Source: Minicystis rosea (GTDB lineage: Bacteria; Myxococcota_A; Polyangia; Polyangiales; Polyangiaceae). Taken from it: 64,000 nucleotides of DNA. The notes beneath the pieces are model-generated. The model did not search any database. It saw only the letters and a program-made list of their open reading frames with translations, and was not told the DNA's origin. The DNA lies in contig CP016211.1 of assembly GCA_001931535.1 (NCBI GenBank), forward strand, positions 4,375,573 through 4,439,572. The letters run 5' to 3'. Positions 38,952-49,434 of this stretch are shown here, piece after piece (within the stretch, counting starts at the first letter, position 1; each line of letters opens with the position of its first letter). A program made the translations under genes and the position numbers.

Positions 38952-40474
38952 ATGTGCACGTACCTCTACGCAGCCTTCAGCCTCCGCAGCGGTGAGGAGG
39001 ATGGCCTTTCCCCTCACGAAGCCGCCGCCGTCGCGCGCTGGCGCCGTGAAATCATCGATATCGCCATCCAGGAGATGGGCCACCTCACGGCGGTATGGAA
39101 CATCACCGCCGCGCTCGGCGGCTCACCGAGGTTCGGCCGCGGCAACTTCCCCCTCGACCCGGGGGCCCTGCCTGCCGGCGTGGTGGTGAAGCTCGCCCCC
39201 TTCAGCGACGCCGTCCTCCAGCACTTCATCCACCTCGAGCGCCCCGAAGGCTCTTCCGAGCCCGACGGAGAGGGCTTTGCCCCCGAGTTCACCTATCAGC
39301 GCGGTTCGCATACTCCCCGCATCACCCCCATGCCCACCGATTACGACACGGTCGGTGCCTTTTACGCCTCGCTCGGCGCCTCTCTCCGCGCCTTCGTGGA
39401 GCACGTCGGTGAGGCCACGGCCTTCTGCGGTGATCCGGCCCTGCAACTTTCGCCCACGGAGGTCGCGCTCGCGGGCGCCAAACCCGTCATCTGTTTGAAG
39501 ACCTCGCTCGCCGCCTTCACCACCATCGTCGAGCAGGGCGAGGGCGCGCCGCTCCAATCGCGGGATTCGCACTATCAGAAATTCCTCGCCATCCGCACCG
39601 AGCTCGCGGAGCTCCAGGCGGCGAATCCGAGCTTTTCGCCGGCGTTTCCGGCCGCGCACAATCCCGTGCTCCGTCCGCCGGTGCGCCGCGAAGGGCGTGT
39701 TTGGCTGGAGAACGAGGAGGCCGCCGCCGCCGTCGATCTCGCCAACACGGGATATGCGCTCATGCTCCGGCTGATGGCGTATTCGTACACCGTGCCTCGG
39801 CCCACGGCCGAAAAGACGCTCTCCGTCGATCTCGCGCTCGGCCTCATGCGCGCCGTCACCTACCTCGCAGAGCGCGCGGTGCGTTTGCCCGCGGGCCCGT
39901 CGAATCCCGGTTGCAATGCGGGGATGTCGTTCTCCGCCCTGCGGGACGCAGCGCCGTTGCCCATGGGCCCGAGCGCGCGGCGCTTCTTCACCGAGCGGTT
40001 CGACGAGATGGTGCGGGCCGCAACCATCCTCGACGCGTCCGGCGATCGGCGGGTGAACACCGCGACACGCATCCTCACCGATCTCGCCAGGCGCGCGCAC
40101 CGCGGCTTCGACGCCGCGACGGCAGCGCAGGCCGCGGCGCCCGCCCCCGCTCCGGCTGTGCGCCCGACGACCGCGACGGCTGTGGCAGCGGCGGCCGCCG
40201 GCCCGGAGGCGCTTCCGGGCACCCCGCCGACGCCCGTCACCATCAATGGTGTCGATCACATCGAGGGCAAGAAGCTCACGCTGCTGTACGAAGGCAAGAA
40301 GTGCATTCACGCGCGCTTCTGTGTCACCGGCGCGCCGAAGGTGTTCATCGCCAACGTCCAAGGCCCGTGGATTCACCCCGACGCCGTGGATGTCGAAGCG
40401 CTCGTGGAGATCGCGCACATCTGCCCGTCCGGTGCGATTCGCTATCAGCGCAAGGACGGCAAGAGCGATGAAGG
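38952..40474 (+). CDS. ferritin-like domain + divergent 4Fe-4S mono-cluster domain protein (frame-0 segment of an apparently frameshifted gene)
   Basis: PF12902-like N-terminus ...EQLIHALYEAAELEHNLMCTYLYAAFSL...EMGHLTAVWNITAALGG. C-terminal GKKCIHARFCVTGAP...HICPSGAIRYQRKDG. No in-frame start exists upstream of 38952, although homology continues; ATG 38878 (MTAP) is in the +1 frame before a C6 run. Confidence 0.55.
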
Positions 40475-40879
40475 CCCCCGCCCGTCAACCTCATCGCCGT
40501 CCGCGAGGCAGGCCCGTATGCCGTGCGCGGAGACATCCAGCTCGACGGCGAATCCATCAACTATCGAGCCACGCTGTGCCGCTGCGGCGCCTCGAAGAAC
40601 AAGCCTTATTGCGACGGCTCCCATCACGAGGTCGGATTCGCTGCCTCCGGCGAGCCGCCCTCGGGAAAGACGGACATGCTGGCGGTCCGCAATGGCCCGC
40701 TCGCCATCGACCCGCAGGTCGACGGCCCCCTGCACGTGCGGGGGAACCTCGAGATCACGAGCGGCACGGGGCGCGTCGTCACCCGCGTCCAGGAAGCGCG
40801 CCTCTGCCGCTGCGGCGGCAGCAGCACCAAGCCCTTCTGCGACGGCACCCACGCTCGCATCGGATTCAAATCCGTTTGA
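40472..40879 (+). CDS. CDGSH iron-sulfur domain segment (frame +2 continuation of the ferritin-like gene)
   Basis: Two CDGSH motifs, CRCGASKNKPYCDGSH and CRCGGSSTKPFCDGTH. The frame opens at 40472 (RPPPVNLIAVREAGPYAVRGDIQL) immediately after a C5 run, where the frame-0 ORF loses homology. Confidence 0.6.
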   Translation, partial: RPPPVNLIAVREAGPYAVRGDIQLDGESINYRATLCRCGASKNKPYCDGSHHEVGFAASGEPPSGKTDMLAVRNGPLAIDPQVDGPLHVRGNLEITSGTGRVVTRVQEARLCRCGGSSTKPFCDGTHARIGFKSV

Positions 40880-40892
40880 GCATGCGAGCGCG

Positions 40893-40925
40893 CGCGAGCC
40901 GGATGACCGACGACTGCGGACATCC
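40893..40925 (+). terminator. 9-bp stem hairpin (agccggatg...catccggct) between convergent genes
   Basis: Read directly; no T-tract. Confidence 0.3.
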
Positions 40926-40957
40926 GGCTCGCAAACGCTTCTTCGATCTCGTGGCAA

Positions 40958-42601
40958 TCAAGGCGTCGCGAGCTTGAGGACGATCGAGCGCCCGCTACGC
41001 TCGATGCTCCCCACCAGCCGATCGGGGATCGTGGCACCCGTGATGTTGAGGTGCTCCCGCTTCAACAGCGCGGGCAGGGACAGCTCGACGCGTGCGGGCC
41101 CGATGTCGTGCAGTTGAATCGCCGCAGGGAGCAGGTGCGGATCGTCGACGACGACGACCACGAAGCGCCCTTCGGCCTGAAGCAGCCGCGCGGATTGATG
41201 ACCGATGGCCGTCACGCCCCCGAGCTTGAGCTTATGTGGGGCACTGCACGGCGTCTTCTCGGCCAGGGCACACTCGGCGGCTGCCCGTGAGGTCTTTTCG
41301 GGCAGCACCCCGAAGAACAGATGCCCCTCCGAAAGCGACACGCTCCCGAAGCGCGCGAACGTCGCGCTCCCCTTCGGGCGATCTCCCAACATGCGCAGCC
41401 GCTGCGAAAGCCTGATTCGAGGCACCTCGCTGACGAGCCAAGGCAATGCCACCAAGTACCCGGACCAACCCGCTTCGCGCACCCGATTCACGAGCATCGA
41501 CCCACCCTCGCGGCGCGGCTGATCCCCCGGAAATCCCCAAGCTTGCGAAAACGCCTCCGCGATGTCGACCGAGGCCGATGCGCCCGGCACCGTCATCGAC
41601 TTCGACGGGAGCCAAACCTCGTCCGGAGGCATGGGAAACGCAGCGCCGGTGTCGACGGTGAGGGTGATATCCATCTTCCCCGCGGCTTCGCCCGCGGACA
41701 CGTCGACGGTATCGAAGTAATTGCCTTTGGCCGAGCCCGCGAGCACGTGAGAGCGCGCCGATTCCCACATGCCTTGTGCGGCCAAGAGCCCGCGTTGATC
41801 GGGTGTGATCGGGGCGCCTTCGAGGGCCGCGACGGTGGTGGCGACGCCGTGCAAGAACCCGAGATCGGCGACGCCTGCCGGTGAATAGCGCACCCGCAGG
41901 GCACGTCCCGAGAGCGCCGGCGCCTCCCCACGTCCATCGCTCGTGGAGAGCTCGCGAAGCGCGGCGCGGCCTTGTTTTCCAATGGCCATGTCGACGACCA
42001 CGCCATCACCGTTCACACGCGTCACCACGTGTCGTTGTCCGTGCGTCCATGCGCTGCCATCGCTGCGAAAACCGAGCTCCTCCAGGGCTTTGACGATCAT
42101 GCGATGAAGCGCCTCCGCATCCCTGGCCGGCACGAGCGCGCGCAGCGCCACCGTGGGCGGCTCTCCGGCCACGGCGTCTCGCACCTGCTGCACTTGATCC
42201 GCAGTGAGCGGCTGGGACGAGTCCCCCGGATTGTTCGCCGGGATCAGCGGCCGGAGGGCCTCGATCGTGCGGCGCGCGGCAGGCGATGCGCCGGCGAGCG
42301 CGAACGTGATGGGACGCGAAGGATCGAGGACGGGCGTGAATCGCGCGAGCAAGCTCATCACTCCATCCATCGGGAGCTCGAGCACCTTCATGGGCGCGAG
42401 CCGCGCGAATACGCCGGTATCGATGCTTCCCGAAAGGACCGCTCCGCTCGGCAGCCCCACGACGGCGGGCGCAGGCGGCGGAGGCGGGGGCAGGCCCTCA
42501 CTCGCCGTGGCAATGGCAATCGAGGGTGGAGGCGGAGACGATCCGCCACATCCAACCATGGAGATGCCGAGCGCGAGCCATGCCATTCGACGAAAACGCA
42601 T
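40958..42601 (-). CDS. hypothetical lipoprotein
   Basis: ATG at 42601 (MRFRRMAWLALGISMVGCGG lipobox) followed by a Pro-rich linker; the N-terminal part of ORF ..42781 is discarded. Confidence 0.5.
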   Translation of the reverse strand: MRFRRMAWLALGISMVGCGGSSPPPPSIAIATASEGLPPPPPPAPAVVGLPSGAVLSGSIDTGVFARLAPMKVLELPMDGVMSLLARFTPVLDPSRPITFALAGASPAARRTIEALRPLIPANNPGDSSQPLTADQVQQVRDAVAGEPPTVALRALVPARDAEALHRMIVKALEELGFRSDGSAWTHGQRHVVTRVNGDGVVVDMAIGKQGRAALRELSTSDGRGEAPALSGRALRVRYSPAGVADLGFLHGVATTVAALEGAPITPDQRGLLAAQGMWESARSHVLAGSAKGNYFDTVDVSAGEAAGKMDITLTVDTGAAFPMPPDEVWLPSKSMTVPGASASVDIAEAFSQAWGFPGDQPRREGGSMLVNRVREAGWSGYLVALPWLVSEVPRIRLSQRLRMLGDRPKGSATFARFGSVSLSEGHLFFGVLPEKTSRAAAECALAEKTPCSAPHKLKLGGVTAIGHQSARLLQAEGRFVVVVVDDPHLLPAAIQLHDIGPARVELSLPALLKREHLNITGATIPDRLVGSIERSGRSIVLKLATP

Positions 42602-42815
42602 GCCTCGTTCTAGCCTCATCATCCCGAAATCCGCCAGGAATTTGGGCCGTGCGCAGCGCGACGAACGCGGCTCCGTCGCCACCGAGAGCGGCGCCGACAT
42701 TCGGCCGTGCACAGCCGAGCTTCGGGATGGACACGCAAGGTCCGATGCTCGAGAAGCGCGCTTGCCGCTCCGCACGAGCAAGCGTACCGCGGAGCTTCAC
42801 CTCAACATCGGAGTC

Positions 42816-43925
42816 ATGCTCATGAAGCTTCCTGTCTCCCTCACTGCGCTCGCCTTCCTCGCCATGGGCTGCGCCGGCACCGATCTCGGAACCGCGACGG
42901 AGAGTGTCACCTCCGACGACACAGCCGTCTTCGCCGTTCGCGCCGACACCAACACCTGTGCATTCCCTGCCTGCGGCGGCTACTACGTCTCACGCGTCAA
43001 TCGCACCACGACCACCTGTGCCGACGGCACCGACGCGGCCGAGTGCTACGTCGCCGAGCTCGACTTCTCCTCGGTCGGCCTCACGACCCAACAAGAGACG
43101 GATTTGCGCGCTTCGGTGACGACCTCGGCGCTCACGGTCTCTTCGCTCTTCCGCGGCAAGATCTTGAAGAGGAAGTTCGGCACGGCAGGCACGTTCGGCC
43201 GGCTCGCCATCACCGTGCCCTTCGTGTCCCCTGCGCCCGTGACGCTCGACAGCATGGTTTACAAGATGTCGACCATCGGCGGCAATTGCACCAACGAGAC
43301 CTGTCCGACGATCCGCGAGGTCGAGCTCAACACCAGCGTTGGCCGCCTCGTCTCCCACCTCGATCTCACCGGCACGCCCGGCACTGCCACCCAGAAGAAC
43401 GAGGCGCTCGTCGCTGCCTATTCGACGGATTCGATGCTCACCCTGGGCACGCAGGTCGGCGGCTCGACCGATCGTGTCTTCACCGCGACGAGCTATTTCA
43501 CGCCGGTGGATCCGGGCGAAACACTGTGCGGCACCGATTTCACCGACGAGCTCTCGGCGGTGACCGACGGCTTCCTTTGGATGAGCGAGTCGGACTATCC
43601 CGTCGATCCCGTGATGTTCCCCGGCGAAGGCTCGGCCGCGCCCACCGCGGAGCAAGTCCGCGCGCTCGTCGGCTTGCCCGCGGGCACATCCGTGGACGAG
43701 CGCTCGATGGTCGTCTTCCAGTGGGCCGGACGCAACGATCTCGGCATGGCCCCCGAAGAGACCGCGCTCGCCATGCGCTATCGTGCTCTGCGCAAGGTCC
43801 TCGAGCACAACCTGACCGATCTTCGTTTCTACTATTACGGCACCATCCAAGTGCAGGTCTACATCGTGGGCCGCACACGCTGTGGTGATCTCGCGGGCAT
43901 GCACACCGTCTCCATCGAGACCTGA
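42816..43925 (+). CDS. hypothetical lipoprotein
   Basis: ATG at 42816 after GGAG; lipobox LAFLAMGCAG; 369 aa. Confidence 0.5.
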   Translation: MLMKLPVSLTALAFLAMGCAGTDLGTATESVTSDDTAVFAVRADTNTCAFPACGGYYVSRVNRTTTTCADGTDAAECYVAELDFSSVGLTTQQETDLRASVTTSALTVSSLFRGKILKRKFGTAGTFGRLAITVPFVSPAPVTLDSMVYKMSTIGGNCTNETCPTIREVELNTSVGRLVSHLDLTGTPGTATQKNEALVAAYSTDSMLTLGTQVGGSTDRVFTATSYFTPVDPGETLCGTDFTDELSAVTDGFLWMSESDYPVDPVMFPGEGSAAPTAEQVRALVGLPAGTSVDERSMVVFQWAGRNDLGMAPEETALAMRYRALRKVLEHNLTDLRFYYYGTIQVQVYIVGRTRCGDLAGMHTVSIET

Positions 43926-44062
43926 GTCGATCCGCCCAATCACCGGCGGATCGAGCCTCGATGCGCGCTCGCGACGTGACCGAGACAGCGTCGCGCGCGC
44001 CGCTCCGAGGGGAAGACATCTCCCCATCACGCGCGGCGCGGAGCGGCCTCATCGGTCACATC

Positions 44063-45763
44063 TCAGCCGGTGATCTCGACCGTCGTCTCCACGCGCCCGG
44101 TGCGGGCGGAGCTCGCTTGTACGGTCACGCTCCCCTTCCCCTTCACCACCCATGAAAGGCGCTGACGGACAGGCGCCGATACCGAGCGTGCGAAGGAGGG
44201 TGTCGCCGATCGCTCGCAGCTCCCCCACCCTTCGAGATGGCCCACCACTTGTTCGTTGTCGGTGCCCACGACCGTCACGTCGCCGCCGAGCACGAGGCGC
44301 GCGCGCAGCGGATCGCTCCACGGCAGCTCGCGCGCCGACGAGAGCACGTACGTGGGGAGGAAACCGTCGTTCTGCACGATGGCCGTGATCCGTGAGACGC
44401 CGGAGCCCACGGGCGTGACCGTGACCTCCGCCACGCGCACGCGCGGCGTCAGCGCGGCGATGCGGAAGAACACCTTGGCTTGCCCCTCGCAGAGCGTGGC
44501 AATTTGCTCCTCGGGCGGGTTCCAAACGCCGATGCGCGGATCATAACCGCCGACCTCCACCGGGCCGAGCTGCGGATGCACGAACGGCCGCCAAGCACCC
44601 ACGACGCGACCACCGTTCTTGTCGCGATCCCAGCGGCCGATGGCCTCGATGTCGTCGCGCGTGCGGCGCGAATAGTTGAGGACGAAGGGCCGATGCACCG
44701 TGAGGCCGGCCTGCTTCCAGAAGTCCCACAGCTCGCAGACCATGGCCACGGTCCCGCGCTGCACGTACGCGAAGGTGCTGAGATCGCCGCGCAGCGGTTT
44801 GTCGGGCTCGTAGGTGAACTCCTCGAAGCCGCTCACCATCGGATAACCGGCGTACGCCTCCGCCCACTCGCCGATCTGCAGATACAAGTTGAGATCGCGC
44901 TGATCCATCTTGCGATCGGGCATGTCTCCCGCAGGGCGGATGTAGCAGCCGCCATAACAATGGAGGTTGAGCCACGCGAAGATGTTCGGGTGTTGGGTGG
45001 CAAAGACGGTGACCGCGCGCGACTCGGGCTCGCTGGTGGCGAAGGCGCCCGCGCCGATCTGCTTGGGCTCGGGGGCCCAGTCGTAGGGGAAATTGCGGTT
45101 CATGTCCGTCTCGCTGTTCGACAGGAAGTTGTCGACAGGCACGGTGAAGCCGTCCCAATTCTCGATCATGCCCTCGGGATAGAGGCTGTAATACGGGCCG
45201 GGGTCCTCGAGGCGCCGCGGCAACATGAGGCCGGGAATCGTCGGGCTGCAAACGAACTCGCCCGCGGGATCTTCGCGGCGCATGAGGCGCGCGCGGCCGT
45301 CGCCGTCGACGTCGCCGGCGTTCCAATAGGGCGCGGTGCGGCCGAGCCGGCCGTCACGTGGGTTCGAGCGAACGTATGCGCCCGTGCGGAGGATCTGCTC
45401 CGCGCCATCCGGGCACATGCGCGGAAGCACGTACACGAGGATGTCGTCACGCAAGATGGCGGCGAGGTGCGGGGGCAGATCGTGAATCGGGGCGCCCGAG
45501 GCGTGGGCCGTGATGAGATCCTCCGCTATCGCGAGCGCCACGCACGAGCCGGCGAGCTCGGAGGCATGCATGTTGGCGTCGACCCACGCGGCGGGGCGGG
45601 TGCGATCGGGATCTCGACCGATGGTGAGCAACCAAAGCTCGCGCCCCTCCGGCGAGGTCGCCAGGCTTTCGAGGCGCACGAACGAAGGGTTTGCTTCGGC
45701 CCACGCTCGAACGATGCGCGTGATTTCATCGTAGCTCGGATACTTCGTGCGAAAGAGCGACAT
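44063..45763 (-). CDS. M14 family zinc carboxypeptidase-like protein
   Basis: Zinc-binding context WVDANMHASELAG and NLHCYGG; ATG at 45763. Confidence 0.7.
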   Translation of the reverse strand: MSLFRTKYPSYDEITRIVRAWAEANPSFVRLESLATSPEGRELWLLTIGRDPDRTRPAAWVDANMHASELAGSCVALAIAEDLITAHASGAPIHDLPPHLAAILRDDILVYVLPRMCPDGAEQILRTGAYVRSNPRDGRLGRTAPYWNAGDVDGDGRARLMRREDPAGEFVCSPTIPGLMLPRRLEDPGPYYSLYPEGMIENWDGFTVPVDNFLSNSETDMNRNFPYDWAPEPKQIGAGAFATSEPESRAVTVFATQHPNIFAWLNLHCYGGCYIRPAGDMPDRKMDQRDLNLYLQIGEWAEAYAGYPMVSGFEEFTYEPDKPLRGDLSTFAYVQRGTVAMVCELWDFWKQAGLTVHRPFVLNYSRRTRDDIEAIGRWDRDKNGGRVVGAWRPFVHPQLGPVEVGGYDPRIGVWNPPEEQIATLCEGQAKVFFRIAALTPRVRVAEVTVTPVGSGVSRITAIVQNDGFLPTYVLSSARELPWSDPLRARLVLGGDVTVVGTDNEQVVGHLEGWGSCERSATPSFARSVSAPVRQRLSWVVKGKGSVTVQASSARTGRVETTVEITG

Positions 45764-45899
45764 TCGATTGGGCATGCCGGAACCGGCGCCGCGCCGCAAG
45801 GCTCTCTCGGACGCCGCGAAGAGCCCCGCACGCCGTGCGAGCGCGCTCGAACGACACCGACATTCCTGGTTGTCTCGTTCACGCTGGAGCGTTGCGAGC

Positions 45900-47219
45900 T
45901 CAACGCACGCAGCGCACTCGGTTTCGCGCGCTCACCACGGTCTCGGCCGTCCGTCCGGTGGAGAAGTGCACCGCCCACGCCGCGCCCGGGCCCGCGTTCG
46001 TGCCCGACCAAAACACGTCGATGGCGGAGGTGGGGAAGCTCTCCGGATCGAGCGGTGGATCCATGGTGGTGACTTGCACGAGGCTCTTCAGCTCGTCGGC
46101 GGTAGGCAGTCGATAACCGCCGCCGACGCGCAGACAATGGGAGCGCGCCGATGACCAATCCATCGCCGAGGAAGCCGGGCGTCGCTGCCACGTGAGCTTC
46201 TTCTCGCTATCGACGAGCGTGTCGGCCGAGAGCGTGAAGCGATCCGGAGGCGGTGGCCCGCCGCGCCCGCGGCCGAGACCGAAAGCGATGATCAAGACGA
46301 TGACCGTGACCATGCCAATGGCCACACCTGCCATCGGCGAGAGGGTGCGCTTCACGCCCGGGCTCGCAGGTGTCGCGGCCGAGGGCTGCGCAAAGGGCGC
46401 GAGCGCGGCGGAGAGCGCGGCGACGTTGGCGTAACGCTTGTGCGGGTCTTTCTCCAGACAGCGGAGGATCACCGCTTCGAGCCCAGCTGGGATTTCCGGT
46501 CGATGCTGGCGCGGAGGCAACGGATCGCGCGCCAACACGAACGCGAGCACGTTGCCCACGCTGTCGGCGTGAAAGGGTGTGCGCCCCGTGAGAAGCTCGT
46601 AGAGCGTGACGCCGAGCGACCACACGTCCGTGCGCGCGTCCACGTCACCGGCCGATCGCATCTGCTCGGGAGACATGTATTCGGCGGATCCCATCCCCGT
46701 GTGCGCCTCGGTGATGCGCGTGTCCTCGCTCAGCTTGGAGATGCCGAAATCGAGCACCTTGATCACGGGCTCGCCGGTGCGCTTCTTCGCGAGGAACAGG
46801 TTCGCCGGCTTGACGTCGCGGTGAATGATGCCGAGCGCGTGGGCCTCGGCGATCCCTTGGCACGCCTCGCGGACGTAGCCCACGGCCTCGGCGAGCGCGA
46901 GCTGCCGCCGGCGCACGAGGGCCGCGAGATCGCAGCCGTCGAGCAGCTCCATGACGATGAACGGCGTCCCGTCGTCGAGCGTCTCCACGTCGAGCACGCG
47001 CGCGACGTTCTGGCCCTCCATGCGGCTCGCGGCGCGCGCCTCGCGGAGGAAGCGCTCGATCACCTCGGGCTGCTGCGGCGACCCCGGCTTGAGGAGCTTG
47101 ATGGCCACGCGCTGCTGGAGCGTCAGGTGCGTGGCCGCGTGGACGACCGCCATCCCGCCCTGGCCGAGCTGCTCCTCCAAGCGGTATTTCTGGCGGAGGA
47201 TGTCGCCGGGCGCAGCCAT
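45900..47219 (-). CDS. Ser/Thr protein kinase with TM helix and extracellular DUF1566 (Lcl C-terminal) domain
   Basis: Kinase subdomain motifs GQGGMAVV, VAIKLL, HRDVKPANLF and DFGISK; TM helix AGVAIGMVTVIVLIIAFGL. The C-terminal TWQRRP...WSSARSHC...GGYRLPTADELKSL matches DUF1566. Confidence 0.8.
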   Translation of the reverse strand: MAAPGDILRQKYRLEEQLGQGGMAVVHAATHLTLQQRVAIKLLKPGSPQQPEVIERFLREARAASRMEGQNVARVLDVETLDDGTPFIVMELLDGCDLAALVRRRQLALAEAVGYVREACQGIAEAHALGIIHRDVKPANLFLAKKRTGEPVIKVLDFGISKLSEDTRITEAHTGMGSAEYMSPEQMRSAGDVDARTDVWSLGVTLYELLTGRTPFHADSVGNVLAFVLARDPLPPRQHRPEIPAGLEAVILRCLEKDPHKRYANVAALSAALAPFAQPSAATPASPGVKRTLSPMAGVAIGMVTVIVLIIAFGLGRGRGGPPPPDRFTLSADTLVDSEKKLTWQRRPASSAMDWSSARSHCLRVGGGYRLPTADELKSLVQVTTMDPPLDPESFPTSAIDVFWSGTNAGPGAAWAVHFSTGRTAETVVSARNRVRCVR

Positions 47220-47677
47220 CACGCCCCCTCGGCGCGGACCATCCGCTGGGCTTCGAGAATGAGCGTTCGGCGCGTCGTCGGCATTTGCGATCGCCGACGA
47301 TAGCGGGGCCCGGTCCGGCTGTCTCCGGGCTCGCGCACGCGGCTTCCGGCGGGGCCGTCATACCGCGTCCGGCGGCTCCGGATCCCGACCTACAGCGAAC
47401 GCTCCGTCCCAATGCACGGGGACGTGGAGGGGCGTGGCGAGCGCGCCCGGATGAGCCTGTGATCTCCAGAGGATTCGTCATCCCCTCCCAGGGCCTTCAC
47501 GGGTCTTTCCCTCCCCGGTGATTGGGTATCATCCCGACCCGGGCGACTGGCACGTTCGCCAGCCTTCGTCATCTTGTCGGGACTGACATCCTCGCGACGC
47601 TGTCCGCGTGTTTCATGCGGGAGCGCCCGCGGCGAAATTCAACCTCAGGCGGCACCGCAACAGCGAGAGGTCAACGC

Positions 47678-48154
47678 ATGGGCCTGATCCAAGAAGTGGC
47701 CAGGACGGACCGGCCAATCCTCGGAAACGACATTCCCATTCTCGTGTTCCGTGTCTTTCGTCACTTCTCGGCGGGCTACGTCGAGGAGGTGCTCGGGCGG
47801 GGCGCGGCCGTCGTCTTCCAAAATGGTGGGCGCGATCTCGGCCGAGAGGCGGGGACGATGCTCTACAAGCCCGATCCGACCGAGTATCTCCGGGAAGTGT
47901 GCCAATTCGTCCGGGACTCTCGCATCGGGATCCTCCAGCCTCGCGAGGTGAGCGACAAATTGCTGGTCGTCGATCTCGACGAGTGCATCACCTGCGCTGG
48001 AATGGCAAACATCGGCAAACGAATCTGCCAATTCGAGGTCGGGTTCGTGGCCGGGGTCGCCGAGGTGCTCGTGAAGAAGAAGCCGAAGGCGTACGAGACC
48101 AAGTGCAACGCCAACGGTGAGAATACCTGTCAGGTGACCGTGGAGCTCGGCTGA
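47678..48154 (+). CDS. V4R (4-vinyl reductase) domain protein
   Basis: ATG at 47678 after GAGAGG; conserved Cys pair (CITCAGM...C) typical of V4R. Confidence 0.6.
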   Translation: MGLIQEVARTDRPILGNDIPILVFRVFRHFSAGYVEEVLGRGAAVVFQNGGRDLGREAGTMLYKPDPTEYLREVCQFVRDSRIGILQPREVSDKLLVVDLDECITCAGMANIGKRICQFEVGFVAGVAEVLVKKKPKAYETKCNANGENTCQVTVELG

Positions 48155-48174
48155 GCTCGGCAGGGGGGAAGAAC

Positions 48175-48549
48175 GTGGCCAGCACGAATCGTATCGAGAG
48201 GATCCAGGACGTACTGCGCTCCCTCCGAGCCGTGTCGCCCGACATCATCGGATCGGCGATGGTGAGCACCGACGGCTTCATCATCGCCTCGCTGCTCCCG
48301 GCGGAGGTGGATGAAGAGCTGGTGAGCGGCATGGCCGCGGCGCTGCTCGGCGTGGGCGAGCGCATCGCCGGTGAGCTCATGGGTGGGTCGATGGAGCAGA
48401 CCTATGTGCGAGGTCGCCTCGGCTATGTCATCCTTCATGCGGTCGGGCAGGAGGCGCTCCTCATCGTCCTCACCACGCCGGACGCGAAGCTCGGGCTCGT
48501 GTTCCTGGACGTGAAACGAAGGGTGCAGGAGCTGACGAAGATCCTTTGA
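48175..48549 (+). CDS. Roadblock/LC7 (MglB-like) domain protein
   Basis: 124 aa; GAMVSTDGFIIAS...ALLIVLT pattern; GTG start 20 nt after the V4R stop. Confidence 0.7.
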   Translation: MASTNRIERIQDVLRSLRAVSPDIIGSAMVSTDGFIIASLLPAEVDEELVSGMAAALLGVGERIAGELMGGSMEQTYVRGRLGYVILHAVGQEALLIVLTTPDAKLGLVFLDVKRRVQELTKIL

Positions 48550-48837
48550 CGGATCCTGGCAGGATGGTGAAAAGCGTCGCGAGCGCACCAAAGCTAGGGA
48601 GCGCGACCGAGGAATCCTCGTGGATTTCGAGGGAGCCCGACCGACGATTCGAGGCGCACCGCAGCGTTTCAGCATCCTGCTAGGCTCGAAAGGCCACCTG
48701 CTCTCACCAAGGTCGATGGACGGCGCCGCGCGCGGGCGGCAGGCGGAGTCGCGTCTCCGACCGCTCGCGGTGCCGCTTCACGGCGAGAGCGCTCGTCGGG
48801 GGACGAGGCGCGCCCGTACGAGGAGGAGCGTTAGGAT

Positions 48838-49422
48838 ATGCACGCCCGCGTCGCATCAGGGGTCTTCCTGGCGCTCGGCTTCGCCGATCTGGCGCTGTTG
48901 AATCTGCTCTTGGCCCCACGGCTCGCGGCCGAGAGGGCGCTCGCCGACAAGGCTTCTCCACAAGAGATCTCCGCGCCGGTCGAGCCGCCGCGAGCTCCCG
49001 CCCAAGCGGTGACGGTGGTCAAACCACCTTCGAGCCCGCCGCCGTCGTCGACGGCGACCATCGCCGCCAATGCCCACGCGGGGCAGAGCGAGGCCGCGCC
49101 CGACGTGCTGTTCAGCCTGGAATCGGAGCGGATCACGAGCTTCGACGCGGCCATGGCGCTGGATCGCGTGGCGCGCGAGCTGCGCGCCGATCCCAAGCGC
49201 CGCGTGCTCCTCCGCGGGCACACCGATCGACTCGGCACCTCCTCGTTCAACGTGGTTCTCAGCCGCCGACGGGCCGAGTCGGTGCGTCACTTTCTCATCG
49301 CGCACGGCGCCCCGGGGGAGCGCATCGACATCGAGTCAGTGGGCGACACCGAGCCGGCCGACCCCGGCGACGGCTTCATGGCATGGGCGAAGAACCGCCG
49401 CGTGCAGGTCATCTGGCGATAA
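48838..49422 (+). CDS. OmpA-family peptidoglycan-binding protein
   Basis: C-terminal OmpA-like box LLRGHTDRLGTSSFNVVLSRRRAESVRHFL; RBS GAGGAGGAG. Confidence 0.75.
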   Translation: MHARVASGVFLALGFADLALLNLLLAPRLAAERALADKASPQEISAPVEPPRAPAQAVTVVKPPSSPPPSSTATIAANAHAGQSEAAPDVLFSLESERITSFDAAMALDRVARELRADPKRRVLLRGHTDRLGTSSFNVVLSRRRAESVRHFLIAHGAPGERIDIESVGDTEPADPGDGFMAWAKNRRVQVIWR

Positions 49423-49434
49423 CGGGACGACGCA

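Noticed and set aside
38952-41117. Single 721-aa ORF reading through to 41117
   Set aside because: Homology (ferritin-like, then 4Fe-4S mono-cluster) ends at ~40474. The remainder is low-complexity. The CDGSH domain continues in the +2 frame, so it is treated as a frameshifted gene rather than one long protein.
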